From positions 1,690 to 65,689 of the forward strand of contig CP179888.1 in assembly GCA_047456305.1 (NCBI GenBank): DNA of 64,000 nt, given 5' to 3'. A model generated the notes under the pieces. The model was not told where the DNA came from. It did not search any database and saw only the letters and a list, made by a program, of their open reading frames with translations. Of this stretch, positions 9,335 to 18,787 are shown piece after piece (within the stretch, counting starts at the first letter, position 1; every line of letters starts with the position of its first letter). The stretch comes from Candidatus Nealsonbacteria bacterium. GTDB lineage: Bacteria > Patescibacteriota > Minisyncoccia > Minisyncoccales > CAZKCU01. Made by a program: the position numbers and the translations under genes.

Positions 9335-9907
9335 ATGAAATTATCGGTTGCGATAATGATGCATCTGGCGAGGGAGAAATATAAAGAGTATCTTCTTTCA
9401 AAATTAGGGAATGTTCCCATCGCAATGGATAGGGGAAAAGGATTGTGGGATACCGCAAAAAGAGCATGGTTGGCACACAATCCAGAGGAAAAATACCATA
9501 TTGTGATTCAGGACGATGCCATCATAGGGAAGGATTTTTATCTGAACATTGAAAAAGAAATAAACAGATATCCGAATCAAGCATATAGTTTCTATTTTGG
9601 CAATAGAAAAGGCATGAGAGAGATTGCTGAAAAAGGAGAAAAAGACGACGGAGTGATGATGAGGTGGATATCGTGGGGAGTGGCGATATGTTTGCCGACG
9701 AGAATTATCCCTGAGATGGTAAAATTTTGCGACGAGATGAAAACTTTGGAAAAGCATGACGACACGAGGATATCTCATTTTTTAAAAAAAATAGGGATGA
9801 AAGTATGGTATCCGATACCTTCATTAGTGGATCATCGGCCGGAAAAAAGTTTAATCCAGAGCGATTTAGGCGGAGGCCGGAAAGCATATAAATTTATAGG
9901 AGAATGA
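9335..9907 (+). CDS. putative GT-A fold nucleotide-sugar glycosyltransferase
   Basis: 190 aa with HIVIQDDAII (DxD-like) and a C-terminal VDH. Similarity judged by eye only. Confidence 0.35.
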   Translation: MKLSVAIMMHLAREKYKEYLLSKLGNVPIAMDRGKGLWDTAKRAWLAHNPEEKYHIVIQDDAIIGKDFYLNIEKEINRYPNQAYSFYFGNRKGMREIAEKGEKDDGVMMRWISWGVAICLPTRIIPEMVKFCDEMKTLEKHDDTRISHFLKKIGMKVWYPIPSLVDHRPEKSLIQSDLGGGRKAYKFIGE

Positions 9908-10608
9908 TACAAAAGTTTTTACATCATATTTGGGTTGGCCCATTAAAGAGACCGAAAAAGTGGATGGATACTTGGCCAGCGAAACATCCCGATTGGAATT
10001 ACATTTTATGGGACAATAGAAAGGTTTTTAACAAAAGCTGGATAAATCAAAAGCAAATTGATTTTTATAAGAGTAGGAGGGAGTGGCCCGGGATAGCAGA
10101 CATTATCAGGTATGAAATACTCTACGAATATGGCGGGATTATGCCCGGTGCTGATTGGGAATGTCTAAATCCCATAGATGAATTGCTTGATGACTGTGAA
10201 CTGTTTGCAGTATCGTGCTGTGGCGACAAAAATATGTGGAAAAGAGTGGATGGGAAAAAGGATACAAAGCTGCCGATATTCTTATCGCGGGGAAAAACAG
10301 AATTTGAAAACCTTATCACGCCAATAATAGGAGGAACAAAGGGACATTGGTTTTTTGGCAGATTGAATGAAGAAATCGGAAAGATAGTAAATTTTGGCCC
10401 TCCATGGAGAACCACAGGAAATATGTTTTGCCAAAGGATGGTAAAGACATATAAACCCCAGATAAAAGTATTCCCGATGCATTATTTCATCCCAGACCAT
10501 CCTCGGACAGCCACATCGCATTCCCATTATAAATACATTGGAAAAGACAAAATATATGCAAGACATCATTGGGGAACGACAAGGCATGCTTACAAAGAAG
10601 GAATTTAA
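9904..10608 (+). CDS. glycosyltransferase, sugar-binding DXD-region family (GT32-like)
   Basis: HHIWVGP..P..W..W...HPDWNYILWD and ADIIRYEILYEYGGIMPGAD match the Gly_transf_sug pattern. ATGA overlap with the previous gene. Confidence 0.55.
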   Translation: MIQKFLHHIWVGPLKRPKKWMDTWPAKHPDWNYILWDNRKVFNKSWINQKQIDFYKSRREWPGIADIIRYEILYEYGGIMPGADWECLNPIDELLDDCELFAVSCCGDKNMWKRVDGKKDTKLPIFLSRGKTEFENLITPIIGGTKGHWFFGRLNEEIGKIVNFGPPWRTTGNMFCQRMVKTYKPQIKVFPMHYFIPDHPRTATSHSHYKYIGKDKIYARHHWGTTRHAYKEGI

Positions 10609-10725
10609 AAATATTTTAAAAAATCAAAATAAAGAACCGATAATCCTATTAAAAAATAAAAGGTCTGAACCCCAAAATAGGATGGGCGGATTATTAAACC
10701 ATTTAACAAAACCAAATAGAAAAAA

Positions 10726-12081
10726 ATGAAAATCAAAAAGCCAGACGGAACGATAGTGGAAGTGGCCGATGACTATACATTGTTGGAAGGCGAAGAGGAA
10801 GTAAAAGACAAGGGAAAAGATGAGGGAGCTGATGAGTCTCCTGCTGGGACACCTGGAGATGATGCTGGAAATGATGCTGGAGATGATAAAGATAAAGAAA
10901 CCGATGAAGAGAAAAAGGTTAAGACAGGATTGAAGACCTTCATTAGGTCAGAAACTGTTAAGTCCTTGGAGAAGGAGTTGAATAAGATTTCCGATGGATT
11001 GGTCAAGAAGTTCTTTGATGGCGTGACCAAGCAGAGAGCGAATTTGATTGACACCAAGAAGGAAGTCAAGAAGGACAGCGACCAGGAAGTGGTGAGGAAG
11101 TGGTTCAGCGCTCTTATTCGCAGGGACTCCCAGGCAATGGCGGAAATTCAGAAAGGGTTCATGGGAGATACTGATGTAACTCAGGGTGGAAATTTAGTCC
11201 CTACCCAGTTGCTTGCCGAGATAAACAGGTTCACTGAGGAATACGGAGTGGCGCGCAGAGACATGAGATATCTCCCATTCTCTGGACCTGGAAACAACAG
11301 ATGGATTCCAGCTTTGGCAAATTCAGTTAGTGTTTATTGGACTGCTAAAGGTGAAGCCAAGACATCGACCAAACCTACTTTCGGATTAGTTGAGCAGACC
11401 CTTGAAAAGCTTGCTGCCATCGTCCCGATAACCGAAGAGATTCTTGAGGATGCTGCAATCAACATTATAGCGTTGCTTGGTGAGTTGTTCGGTGAGGCGA
11501 TTGCGAAAGAGGAAGACAGAGTTTTCTTGAACGGAGACACCGGGGCAGGAGATCCTTACATGGGCGCCATCAGAGCAGTTGGAATCATTCCTGTGCCGAT
11601 GGGAGTCGGAGTTATTGCGAATATCACTGCCGATGATTTGAACAATCTTATCTATGCTGTTCCGAGAGCGATTAGAGATAAGGGTAAGTTCTACATGCAT
11701 AGCACCATCTTCCAGATTTTGCAGCAATTGAAGACTGCTCAGGGAATCTATATTGTGCAATCTCCTGTTGGAGCTAAGCCCGGCTCGATTTGGAACAGAC
11801 CTTATGAGCTGGTTGACATTCTTCCAGACAATTCAGTTTCAGGCGAAGATGAGCCAGTCATGTTCTATACTGATCTTTCCAAGACTTGCGTTTACGGAGA
11901 CAAGCAGGGTTTGAGGGTGAAGTTGCTCGACCAGGCAATTGTTAAGTCTGCAGAGGAGTCTCCTTCCGATTTGAACCTTGCCACCCAGGATATGGTTGCC
12001 TTGAGAATTGCGAAGAGGGTAGGCTATGTTCCTGTCCTTCCTGCCGGTATCGCTGTGTTGCAGTTAGGTGCAGAATCCTAA
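10726..12081 (+). CDS. major capsid protein, HK97 fold, with acidic N-terminal delta/scaffold-like region
   Basis: 451 aa. The acidic, low-complexity first ~130 aa are followed by a typical HK97-family capsid core (GGNLVPTQLLAEI...). Position after the protease. Confidence 0.85.
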   Translation: MKIKKPDGTIVEVADDYTLLEGEEEVKDKGKDEGADESPAGTPGDDAGNDAGDDKDKETDEEKKVKTGLKTFIRSETVKSLEKELNKISDGLVKKFFDGVTKQRANLIDTKKEVKKDSDQEVVRKWFSALIRRDSQAMAEIQKGFMGDTDVTQGGNLVPTQLLAEINRFTEEYGVARRDMRYLPFSGPGNNRWIPALANSVSVYWTAKGEAKTSTKPTFGLVEQTLEKLAAIVPITEEILEDAAINIIALLGELFGEAIAKEEDRVFLNGDTGAGDPYMGAIRAVGIIPVPMGVGVIANITADDLNNLIYAVPRAIRDKGKFYMHSTIFQILQQLKTAQGIYIVQSPVGAKPGSIWNRPYELVDILPDNSVSGEDEPVMFYTDLSKTCVYGDKQGLRVKLLDQAIVKSAEESPSDLNLATQDMVALRIAKRVGYVPVLPAGIAVLQLGAES

Positions 12082-12176
12082 ACTAATTCCTTGTGATTAG
12101 CCATCCTATTTGAACTCAAAATTGTCCGAGAGATTCAAGTAGGATAGGACAATTGGGTAATCGCAAGAACAAAATA

Positions 12177-12533
12177 ATGACAAAAAAAGAAAAGCTAATT
12201 TACTTAGCTGGAATAATTGATGGAGAAGGTTGTATGGGAAGGGTTTGTAGCACAAGTAAAAAAAGAATGAAGGAAGGCAGGAAGGCATCTTATTCTGTCA
12301 GATGTGAAGTAAGTAATACCTCAAAAAAACTAATAGATTGGTTATATGAAAATTTTGGTGGATACAAATATCCTATTAAAAGAGAAGAAAATAGAAAATT
12401 ACAATATAGATGGAAGTTAAGAAGAAAAGAGATGAAAAAGATTATTCCCCAGATGATTCCTTATTTAATTATTAAGAAAAATGAAGCGAAACAATTGTTC
12501 GCGAGATTTAAGCGGGATAGAACAACCGGATAG
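12177..12533 (+). CDS. LAGLIDADG homing endonuclease (free-standing), copy 1
   Basis: YLAGIIDGEGC motif. Clear paralog of 26358..26768. ATG at 12177 lies inside the TTG-started track ORF. Confidence 0.8.
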   Translation: MTKKEKLIYLAGIIDGEGCMGRVCSTSKKRMKEGRKASYSVRCEVSNTSKKLIDWLYENFGGYKYPIKREENRKLQYRWKLRRKEMKKIIPQMIPYLIIKKNEAKQLFARFKRDRTTG

Positions 12534-12640
12534 CACAAAAATATGATTAAGGCAAAAGATTACATAACAAAACCCTTCAAGAACTTCATAAAGAAGTTTA
12601 AGAGGAAAAAGGTCGCGAAAAATAAAACCAAATAATCAAA

Positions 12641-13180
12641 ATGGCAACATTTGTTTGGCAGTTACAGGGAACAACTCCAACCACAATAATAGACACCGAC
12701 AAACTTCAATTCGCTAATGGTGTTTTCGATGGCAAGATTACAGTTGGTGAATATAATGAAAGCACTCATGTTAAAGATGTCGGAGAGGCTGATAAGAGTG
12801 CTGAGAATACTCCTCGCAATGTAAAATACATTTCATCGGCAAAAGCCGATTGGGGAGACGGGGAAGAAAATTTAGTTGATATTATTGAAGCAGAATGCTC
12901 CCTGAAAATCAAATTTTCAGACACTGGAGTAATAACGGAAGACGCAATTTTCTATGCCTATGATGGGACCACGCCAGCAACTCCTCCAGTTAATGTCACT
13001 ATTTATGGGGCAGAACTTGGGGACACAGATTGGACAGCAATAGCAGGAAGCGGATCGGCTTTGGCTTTGGATGCCCAGGAGGCTGCTGATGACCACGATT
13101 TCTTTATTCCAGTCTCGGCGAGTCCAGATACGGTTGGAGCAAAAACAGGTAAGGTAAGAATTGAATTAACTTACAGCTAA
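12641..13180 (+). CDS. hypothetical virion protein (possible capsid decoration protein)
   Basis: 179-aa ORF between the capsid and connector genes. Call is by position only. Confidence 0.35.
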   Translation: MATFVWQLQGTTPTTIIDTDKLQFANGVFDGKITVGEYNESTHVKDVGEADKSAENTPRNVKYISSAKADWGDGEENLVDIIEAECSLKIKFSDTGVITEDAIFYAYDGTTPATPPVNVTIYGAELGDTDWTAIAGSGSALALDAQEAADDHDFFIPVSASPDTVGAKTGKVRIELTYS

Positions 13181-13204
13181 TAATTAACCATTTTATAGAG
13201 GCTT

Positions 13205-13618
13205 ATGAAAGACTCAAAAGTAAAATGGGCCATATCCCTGTCAAACGGGGAGACGGTCTACGAAGACAAAGGCGATTACAGAATCATCAAAGGCGAGATA
13301 TCGCCTTGGCAGAAATTATTGAAGTTTATTGACAAACAAGGAGTGAGGATTACTTCTCTATCCCTTTATATGGACGACGGAAGAAGATGGAACTTGCCGA
13401 GTGCCGGCAGAAATCCTAAGTTCAAAGAGTTCGCAGATGCCGAGAAGCCGATTAGCTACAGATTCTTCAGGAAGGCAGGGATAGATATGGACTTTGACGG
13501 AGGGAACAGGAAGGAGGAAATCTACACGGTGGCGGAAGCCATTTACAAGGACAAGAAGCTCCAGGTTTGGGTGCCGGAAGAGAATCCGGAAGTTTGCTGG
13601 AGTGTGATTGTTAAATAG
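13205..13618 (+). CDS. hypothetical phage protein
   Basis: 137-aa ORF in the structural module. Confidence 0.35.
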   Translation: MKDSKVKWAISLSNGETVYEDKGDYRIIKGEISPWQKLLKFIDKQGVRITSLSLYMDDGRRWNLPSAGRNPKFKEFADAEKPISYRFFRKAGIDMDFDGGNRKEEIYTVAEAIYKDKKLQVWVPEENPEVCWSVIVK

Positions 13619-13619
13619 A

Positions 13620-16121
13620 ATGGCGAAAAAGATTGAGAAAATCAATTCAAGCACATTTAAAATTCATTATGACAAATGGAGTAATGTTGAAATTGGTGGA
13701 GATACCCAAGAGTTTAAACCAGAAGCTAAACTGAAAAAATGGGGAGATGAATGTTGGATTAAAGTTAGTTTACCGACTGCTAAAAAGAAAACACCAAAAT
13801 TTGAGGGAAATAAAGTTAAGTGGATTGATGCAGATAAAGAAGTTCATTTGTATCCTTTAGAACCGAGAGAGTTTGAAGAAAACGGGCATCAGGTAAAACA
13901 ACTGGAAAACGGTGGATTTGAATTTGAGGTAATCCTTAAAAAGAAACCCAAGACCAACAAAATAGTTCTTAATATAGAAACAAAAGGATTGAAGTTTTAT
14001 TATCAGCCAGAATTGACGCAAGAAGCAAGAGATAGAGGAGATTTTCAGCCAGAAAATGTTATTGGAAGTTATGCAGTTTATCACGCTACAAAACAGCCAA
14101 TGCACGCTTCAAAAGAGGAAGCCGAGAAATACAAAGTATGCAAGTTTGGACACTTCTTTAGACCAAAAGCCACAGACGCCAATGGCGATTGGGTTTGGTG
14201 CGATTTACAAATAGACGAGAAAGCAGGCATCTCAACAATTACAGTCCCACAAGAGTTTCTGGATAGGGCTATTTATCCAGTAAGCACAGGAACAGAGAAC
14301 TTCGGATATGAAACAAAAGGGACTATAAGTGGCACCTCAATAGAAAATCACATTATTGCCTTTGTCTTTACTATTCTTAAAGATGGAACTGGTGAGAGTA
14401 TAACAGCTGGACTCTCGGGGGGACCAGCTAATGCAAAGTGTGCTATTTACAAGGACAGCAATGACGAATTAGTAGCTAATTCCCCCACAGATGAAAAGGG
14501 TGTTGATGTTGCTGATTGGCCAACTGTAACTTGGGAAGAATTTACTATTTCAGGAGATAAACCTTCTTTAGTTAAGGACACGGCATATATTTTATCTGCG
14601 TGGGGAGATGGTCTTGTCTTTATGGCTTGGGATTTTGGGGCAGAAGACCAAGGAAAATCAGAGTCGATTTCTTATGGGAGTTGGCCTGGTTCAATAGCTT
14701 GGGACATAGAGTCGATTGAGAAATACTCCATCTACTGCACCTATACACCAGCGGCGGCCCCAGAGACAGTAAATTCTGATAGAAGCATAGAGTTAAAAGG
14801 GAAGACAACAAGTCAGGCAGAAAGAAGTTTGGAATTGAGAGGCAAGTTGGCCACTAATTCAGAAAGAAATTTAGAACTTAATGGCGAACAATCATTGAGT
14901 TCTGATAGGAGTTTTGAATTACACGGAGTTAGTTCTTTAACAAATGAAAAAAGTTTAGAGTTGACAGGAGAATTATCTGACAATAGTGAAAGGGATTTTG
15001 AATTAGAGGGAAAAGTGGCAGATGAGAGAGATGTGGAACTTATTGGTTCGCTTCCAATTGAGAGCGAGAGAAACCTTGAATTACAAGGCATCGCTCCTTC
15101 TCAATCGGAAAGGGAGTTTGAGTTGAGAGGGAAGGATACAGACGAAAATGAAAGGCAGATAGAAATTATCGGGGAATTAGGACAAAGCTCGGAGAGGAGT
15201 TTTGAACTGGAAGGCGAGCCAGCCATAAGTGAAAGAGATATTGAGCTATTGGGTGAAGCAGAAATTATTGCAGAAAGGGGAATGGAATTGAAAGGGGTCA
15301 GTTCTTTAGAAAGCGAAAGAGGAATAAACATTACTGGAAAAAATGAAGCCAATGATGAGAGAGGCATTGAACTTGTCGGGAAAAAAACAGCTGAAGATGA
15401 AAAGAACATAGAGATTACTGGAAAGATTTTATCTGATAGTAAAAGAGAAACAGAACTACACGGAATAGATGTAGGTCAAGGAGAGAGAGAAATTGAAGTC
15501 ATTGGCAAGTTAGCAAGCGAAGACGAAAAGGGATTTGAATTATTTGGTATTGAAATATTGCCTTCGGAAAGAACTTTTGAATTATTGCCAGAGGGTTCAG
15601 ATGTAAGCGAGAGGCAAATAGAATTACATGGCATCGCAGAAACTGAAGATGAAAAGCAAATAGAACTTGGTGGAGCTTTGAAAGCGAACAACGAGAGAAA
15701 CATAGAATTATTCGGGGCATCAAAAGAAAGCAACGAAAGACAGATAGAGTTAAGAGGAACACTGTTTGGAGATAATGAAAGGGGAATTGAGTTAAGTGGA
15801 AGAACTCCAGTTGAATCTGATAGGGAGATAGAACTTTGGGGAATAGAAAAATTAGAAAATGAAAGAGAATTTGGATTGATAGGTGGATTGGCAAATATAG
15901 ATGAGAGAGAATTTGAATTAGAAGGATGGCAACCATTCATTTCCGAAAGATTATTTGAAATCAGGGTAATAGCGAGAGATCCCTATTGTCCGAAGCCAAG
16001 CCCATATGCTCCTAAAGTATCACCTTATAGTCCAAAAATAAGTCCATATAAACCAAAAGCATCGCCATATAGTCCGATGGCGAGCCAATATCATAAATTA
16101 AAACCAGCAGTATGCCATTAA
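13620..16121 (+). CDS. large repeat-containing virion protein (fibre/decoration candidate)
   Basis: 833 aa from ATG 13620. A unique N-terminal ~385 aa is followed by about 29 tandem 13-14 aa ERxxELxG units and then a SPYxPK-repeat tail. Confidence 0.7.
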   Translation: MAKKIEKINSSTFKIHYDKWSNVEIGGDTQEFKPEAKLKKWGDECWIKVSLPTAKKKTPKFEGNKVKWIDADKEVHLYPLEPREFEENGHQVKQLENGGFEFEVILKKKPKTNKIVLNIETKGLKFYYQPELTQEARDRGDFQPENVIGSYAVYHATKQPMHASKEEAEKYKVCKFGHFFRPKATDANGDWVWCDLQIDEKAGISTITVPQEFLDRAIYPVSTGTENFGYETKGTISGTSIENHIIAFVFTILKDGTGESITAGLSGGPANAKCAIYKDSNDELVANSPTDEKGVDVADWPTVTWEEFTISGDKPSLVKDTAYILSAWGDGLVFMAWDFGAEDQGKSESISYGSWPGSIAWDIESIEKYSIYCTYTPAAAPETVNSDRSIELKGKTTSQAERSLELRGKLATNSERNLELNGEQSLSSDRSFELHGVSSLTNEKSLELTGELSDNSERDFELEGKVADERDVELIGSLPIESERNLELQGIAPSQSEREFELRGKDTDENERQIEIIGELGQSSERSFELEGEPAISERDIELLGEAEIIAERGMELKGVSSLESERGINITGKNEANDERGIELVGKKTAEDEKNIEITGKILSDSKRETELHGIDVGQGEREIEVIGKLASEDEKGFELFGIEILPSERTFELLPEGSDVSERQIELHGIAETEDEKQIELGGALKANNERNIELFGASKESNERQIELRGTLFGDNERGIELSGRTPVESDREIELWGIEKLENEREFGLIGGLANIDEREFELEGWQPFISERLFEIRVIARDPYCPKPSPYAPKVSPYSPKISPYKPKASPYSPMASQYHKLKPAVCH
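14768..15968 (+). repeat. in-frame coding tandem repeat, about 29 units of 39-42 nt (consensus x5-6-E-R-x-[FIL]-E-[LI]-x-G)
   Basis: Units counted directly in the translation: DRSIELKG, ERSLELRG, ERNLELNG ... EREFELEG, ERLFEIRV. The nucleotide copies are diverged. Confidence 0.85.
15978..16095 (+). repeat. C-terminal Ser-Pro-Tyr-x-Pro-Lys micro-repeat
   Basis: Translation reads PYCPKPSPYAPKVSPYSPKISPYKPKASPYSPMASQY. Confidence 0.7.
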
Positions 16122-16675
16122 AAAATTATTGCGAAATAGAAGACATAGAGAATTATTTGCTTACAGAAATCGATGTTGCCTTTGAATCACAGGTTGAGAG
16201 GTGGATTGAGGCGATGGAGAGACACATAGACAAAGAGACAGGCAGGAATTTCAAAGCCGATGAAGAATCATCGGTTAGGAAATTCGACGGAGATGGAGAA
16301 CAAGATTTATTCATAGATGATTGTATTGAAGTAGAAAAGATTGAGGTGGATGGGGCAGAGAAAGAGCATTGGCTTTATCCTTCCGATGAGTTGCCATACA
16401 CGAAGGTGATTCTCAAAGATTCCGTCTTCACAAAGGGAAACCAAAACATTGAGATAACGGCAAAGTGGGGATACTCAGAAGATGTGCCGGCTGACATCGA
16501 GTTCGCCTGCACAGTCTTGGTTGCTGGAATAATCAACAGGAGTTTGAGCCACGAGGGGGAGGTTCAAAGCAAGACAGTTGGACCTTATAGTGTAACTTTT
16601 AAAACAGAAAAGCAATGGTCTGATTTCGAGCAGATAGAGGGAACTCTTGAAAAATATAAGAAATATAGCTTTTAA
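16112..16675 (+). CDS. head-tail connector (gp6-like adaptor)
   Basis: The N-terminus CEIEDIENYLL...VERWIEAMERHIDKETGRNF resembles gp6-like head-tail connector proteins. Position supports the call. Confidence 0.6.
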   Translation: MPLKNYCEIEDIENYLLTEIDVAFESQVERWIEAMERHIDKETGRNFKADEESSVRKFDGDGEQDLFIDDCIEVEKIEVDGAEKEHWLYPSDELPYTKVILKDSVFTKGNQNIEITAKWGYSEDVPADIEFACTVLVAGIINRSLSHEGEVQSKTVGPYSVTFKTEKQWSDFEQIEGTLEKYKKYSF

Positions 16676-16677
16676 AC

Positions 16678-17019
16678 ATGTCGGTTGAAACATTTTTTAA
16701 CAAAGTGGTGTTGGTGAGACGCCTCGTCCCGGATGACAGCGAGTCTCCGGAAGACACCGAGGAATACAGAGAGCATTTAGGAGGAATCAATGTCCCATGT
16801 CTGGTGTATCCGTTGGACGATTCCTATGGCGAGGACTTCTCCGGAAGCTATGGGAAGGACCTAATGATGATTTGCAACATTTATGACATTAAAGAGAAGG
16901 ACAAAATCATCGAGGGCGAAAACGAATATGAGGTCAAGGGAGTCAAGGAGTTCAACTTCTTAGGGACATCGCTGATGGAACTGAGAATCCGTTTAATGCC
17001 GACTCCAGAAGAATCATGA
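16678..17019 (+). CDS. head closure / head-tail joining protein
   Basis: 113-aa ORF in the canonical position. Confidence 0.4.
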   Translation: MSVETFFNKVVLVRRLVPDDSESPEDTEEYREHLGGINVPCLVYPLDDSYGEDFSGSYGKDLMMICNIYDIKEKDKIIEGENEYEVKGVKEFNFLGTSLMELRIRLMPTPEES

Positions 17020-17384
17020 TTAAGCTAAAATTTCAAGTCAAAATAGATGCGAAACTTAAAGAGCTGGTCGAAAGAGGGACAGAGTTGATTGACAACGACA
17101 TAGCCAGCGTCTTTGAAAGGGGGCTTGTCGGTATAGTCGCATCGGCTATAAAGGACTGCCCAGTTGATACTGGCCGGTTGAGGACAGATATTGGTCACAA
17201 ATTTAATAGAAGAAAATTAGAAGCGATAATCTATAATACAGTTGAGTATTCAGTTTATGTCCATGAAGGGACTCGATATATGAGAACAAGGCCGTATATT
17301 TTAAGAGCCATTAAGGATAAGGGAGAAATTCAAATGAGGAGAGAATTAGAGCGCAATGTATTAAAGGAATACAGAGGATTATGA
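17016..17384 (+). CDS. HK97 gp10-family tail-completion protein
   Basis: CPVDTGRLR...YSVYVHEGT matches the HK97 gp10 family signature. Confidence 0.7.
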   Translation: MIKLKFQVKIDAKLKELVERGTELIDNDIASVFERGLVGIVASAIKDCPVDTGRLRTDIGHKFNRRKLEAIIYNTVEYSVYVHEGTRYMRTRPYILRAIKDKGEIQMRRELERNVLKEYRGL

Positions 17385-17797
17385 TAAACACAATTAAAAA
17401 TAAAATTATTGAATTGCTCGGGGGGATCGATGAGATGAAGGGCATTTATGACTATCCCGAAACGAACCCGAAAGGATACCCATTTATGTTCGTTTTGTGG
17501 GAAGGGAACGAATCGGAGGAGCTTACCAATACCCAGGACAGCATTTATCTCAACTATAAAATCACATTAGTCCAGGAAAAGTTAGAGGACTTTAAGGGCA
17601 GGAAGAATGCCGAGGTGACAGCAGAAGACAGGGCCTGGCAGATAGAGACCCTCTTCAGAGAGAACAACGACTTGGGATTGGGGAATGTCTTGAGGATTCT
17701 GCCTGTGGGAACAGCGAAAAGGTATGATGCCCAAGCCACACGAATAATTTTAGAAATAATGATTAAGGTTCATATTGTAGAAAATGTAAAAGTATAA
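17381..17797 (+). CDS. tail terminator-like protein
   Basis: 138-aa ORF between gp10-like and tube genes. Call is by position only. Confidence 0.35.
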   Translation: MINTIKNKIIELLGGIDEMKGIYDYPETNPKGYPFMFVLWEGNESEELTNTQDSIYLNYKITLVQEKLEDFKGRKNAEVTAEDRAWQIETLFRENNDLGLGNVLRILPVGTAKRYDAQATRIILEIMIKVHIVENVKV

Positions 17798-17838
17798 AAG
17801 GTCGAACAAATAAATATAAAATCAACACAGATAAAATC

Positions 17839-18780
17839 ATGCACATAGGACGCAGAAACCAATTGAATATTACATTAGACCCGGTAGTAAGGATAGATAC
17901 CATTCCTTACCTTAGCTGCACACTCCAGGAAAGACACACTCCGATTGCCGACACGCAAGCGAAAGCAAGGAGAGATGCCGAAGGAAGTAAATCAGTGGAA
18001 GGAAAGAAATGGGGAGACGGAAGAGTTGAGGTCGTATTGGATCCGACTACAGCTCCTTACTGGTTGGCTTTGGCTTTGGGCAGGATAAATAGCTCCACGC
18101 CAAAGGACCATCTAATTACCCAGAGTCCAGAGAACGAGCCATTGATAGCCACAATTTCCAGGGAAAGGAATATGGGAGAAATAATTGAATTTCTGAATTC
18201 GGTGGTCGATACTTTTGAGCTTAATTTTGCCGATGATGTAGCAAAGTTGGGCATGGATATTATGTCAAAATATCCAACGTCTCCTGAAAGCCCGGAAAGT
18301 CCGGGAGATGTGGGAGAGGGAGAAGATCTGACCTATTACACATTCAGGAACGCCACTGTGAAGGTCGGCGATTTGGAGAGTCCAGAAGCGATGATACTGA
18401 TTCAGGTCAGGGAGCTGACCTTGAGGATTGAAAATGGGGCAGAGATTATCTTCTTGCCAAGAGGTGAGATTAGGATTGTTTGGAAGGCGATAAGGGTATC
18501 AGGCCATTTCAAGCTTTTATTCGAAGACGAAGTTCAATTAGGAGCTTTTGCCGATATATCTGCCAAACAAGGTTTGCTTATCACCTTTGAAGGAGAGGAT
18601 AGCGACAAGATAGAAATAGCAATTCCTACATTCAGGGTGGATAATTGGAGTGAGGAAGCCGGAATAGATGACTTGGTGGAAGAGGGGATTGACTTTGTGG
18701 CAGAATACGATGTCGATGCGGAAAAGACGATAAGCGCGGAGGTAGTCAACGGGGTCGACAGATACAAAGAAGAGTCATAA
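17839..18780 (+). CDS. major tail (tube) protein
   Basis: 313-aa ORF directly upstream of the chaperone pair and tape measure. No sheath gene is present, so a siphovirus-type tail is expected. Confidence 0.5.
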   Translation: MHIGRRNQLNITLDPVVRIDTIPYLSCTLQERHTPIADTQAKARRDAEGSKSVEGKKWGDGRVEVVLDPTTAPYWLALALGRINSSTPKDHLITQSPENEPLIATISRERNMGEIIEFLNSVVDTFELNFADDVAKLGMDIMSKYPTSPESPESPGDVGEGEDLTYYTFRNATVKVGDLESPEAMILIQVRELTLRIENGAEIIFLPRGEIRIVWKAIRVSGHFKLLFEDEVQLGAFADISAKQGLLITFEGEDSDKIEIAIPTFRVDNWSEEAGIDDLVEEGIDFVAEYDVDAEKTISAEVVNGVDRYKEES

Positions 18781-18787
18781 ACAATCT

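Noticed and set aside
14620-15940. Several long minus-strand ORFs (14813..15091, 15101..15409, 15476..15940, 15499..15936) rich in Ser/Leu/Pro/Asn.
   Set aside because: They lie antisense to the ERxxELxG tandem repeat and simply inherit its periodicity and lack of stops. The + strand frame is continuous with a unique N-terminal domain and fits the phage gene order.
14768-15968. A regular ~40-nt periodicity that could be mistaken for a CRISPR array.
   Set aside because: The units are contiguous, with no spacer/repeat alternation. They are diverged at the nucleotide level, conserved at the protein level and in frame within an 833-aa ORF. No cas genes are present.
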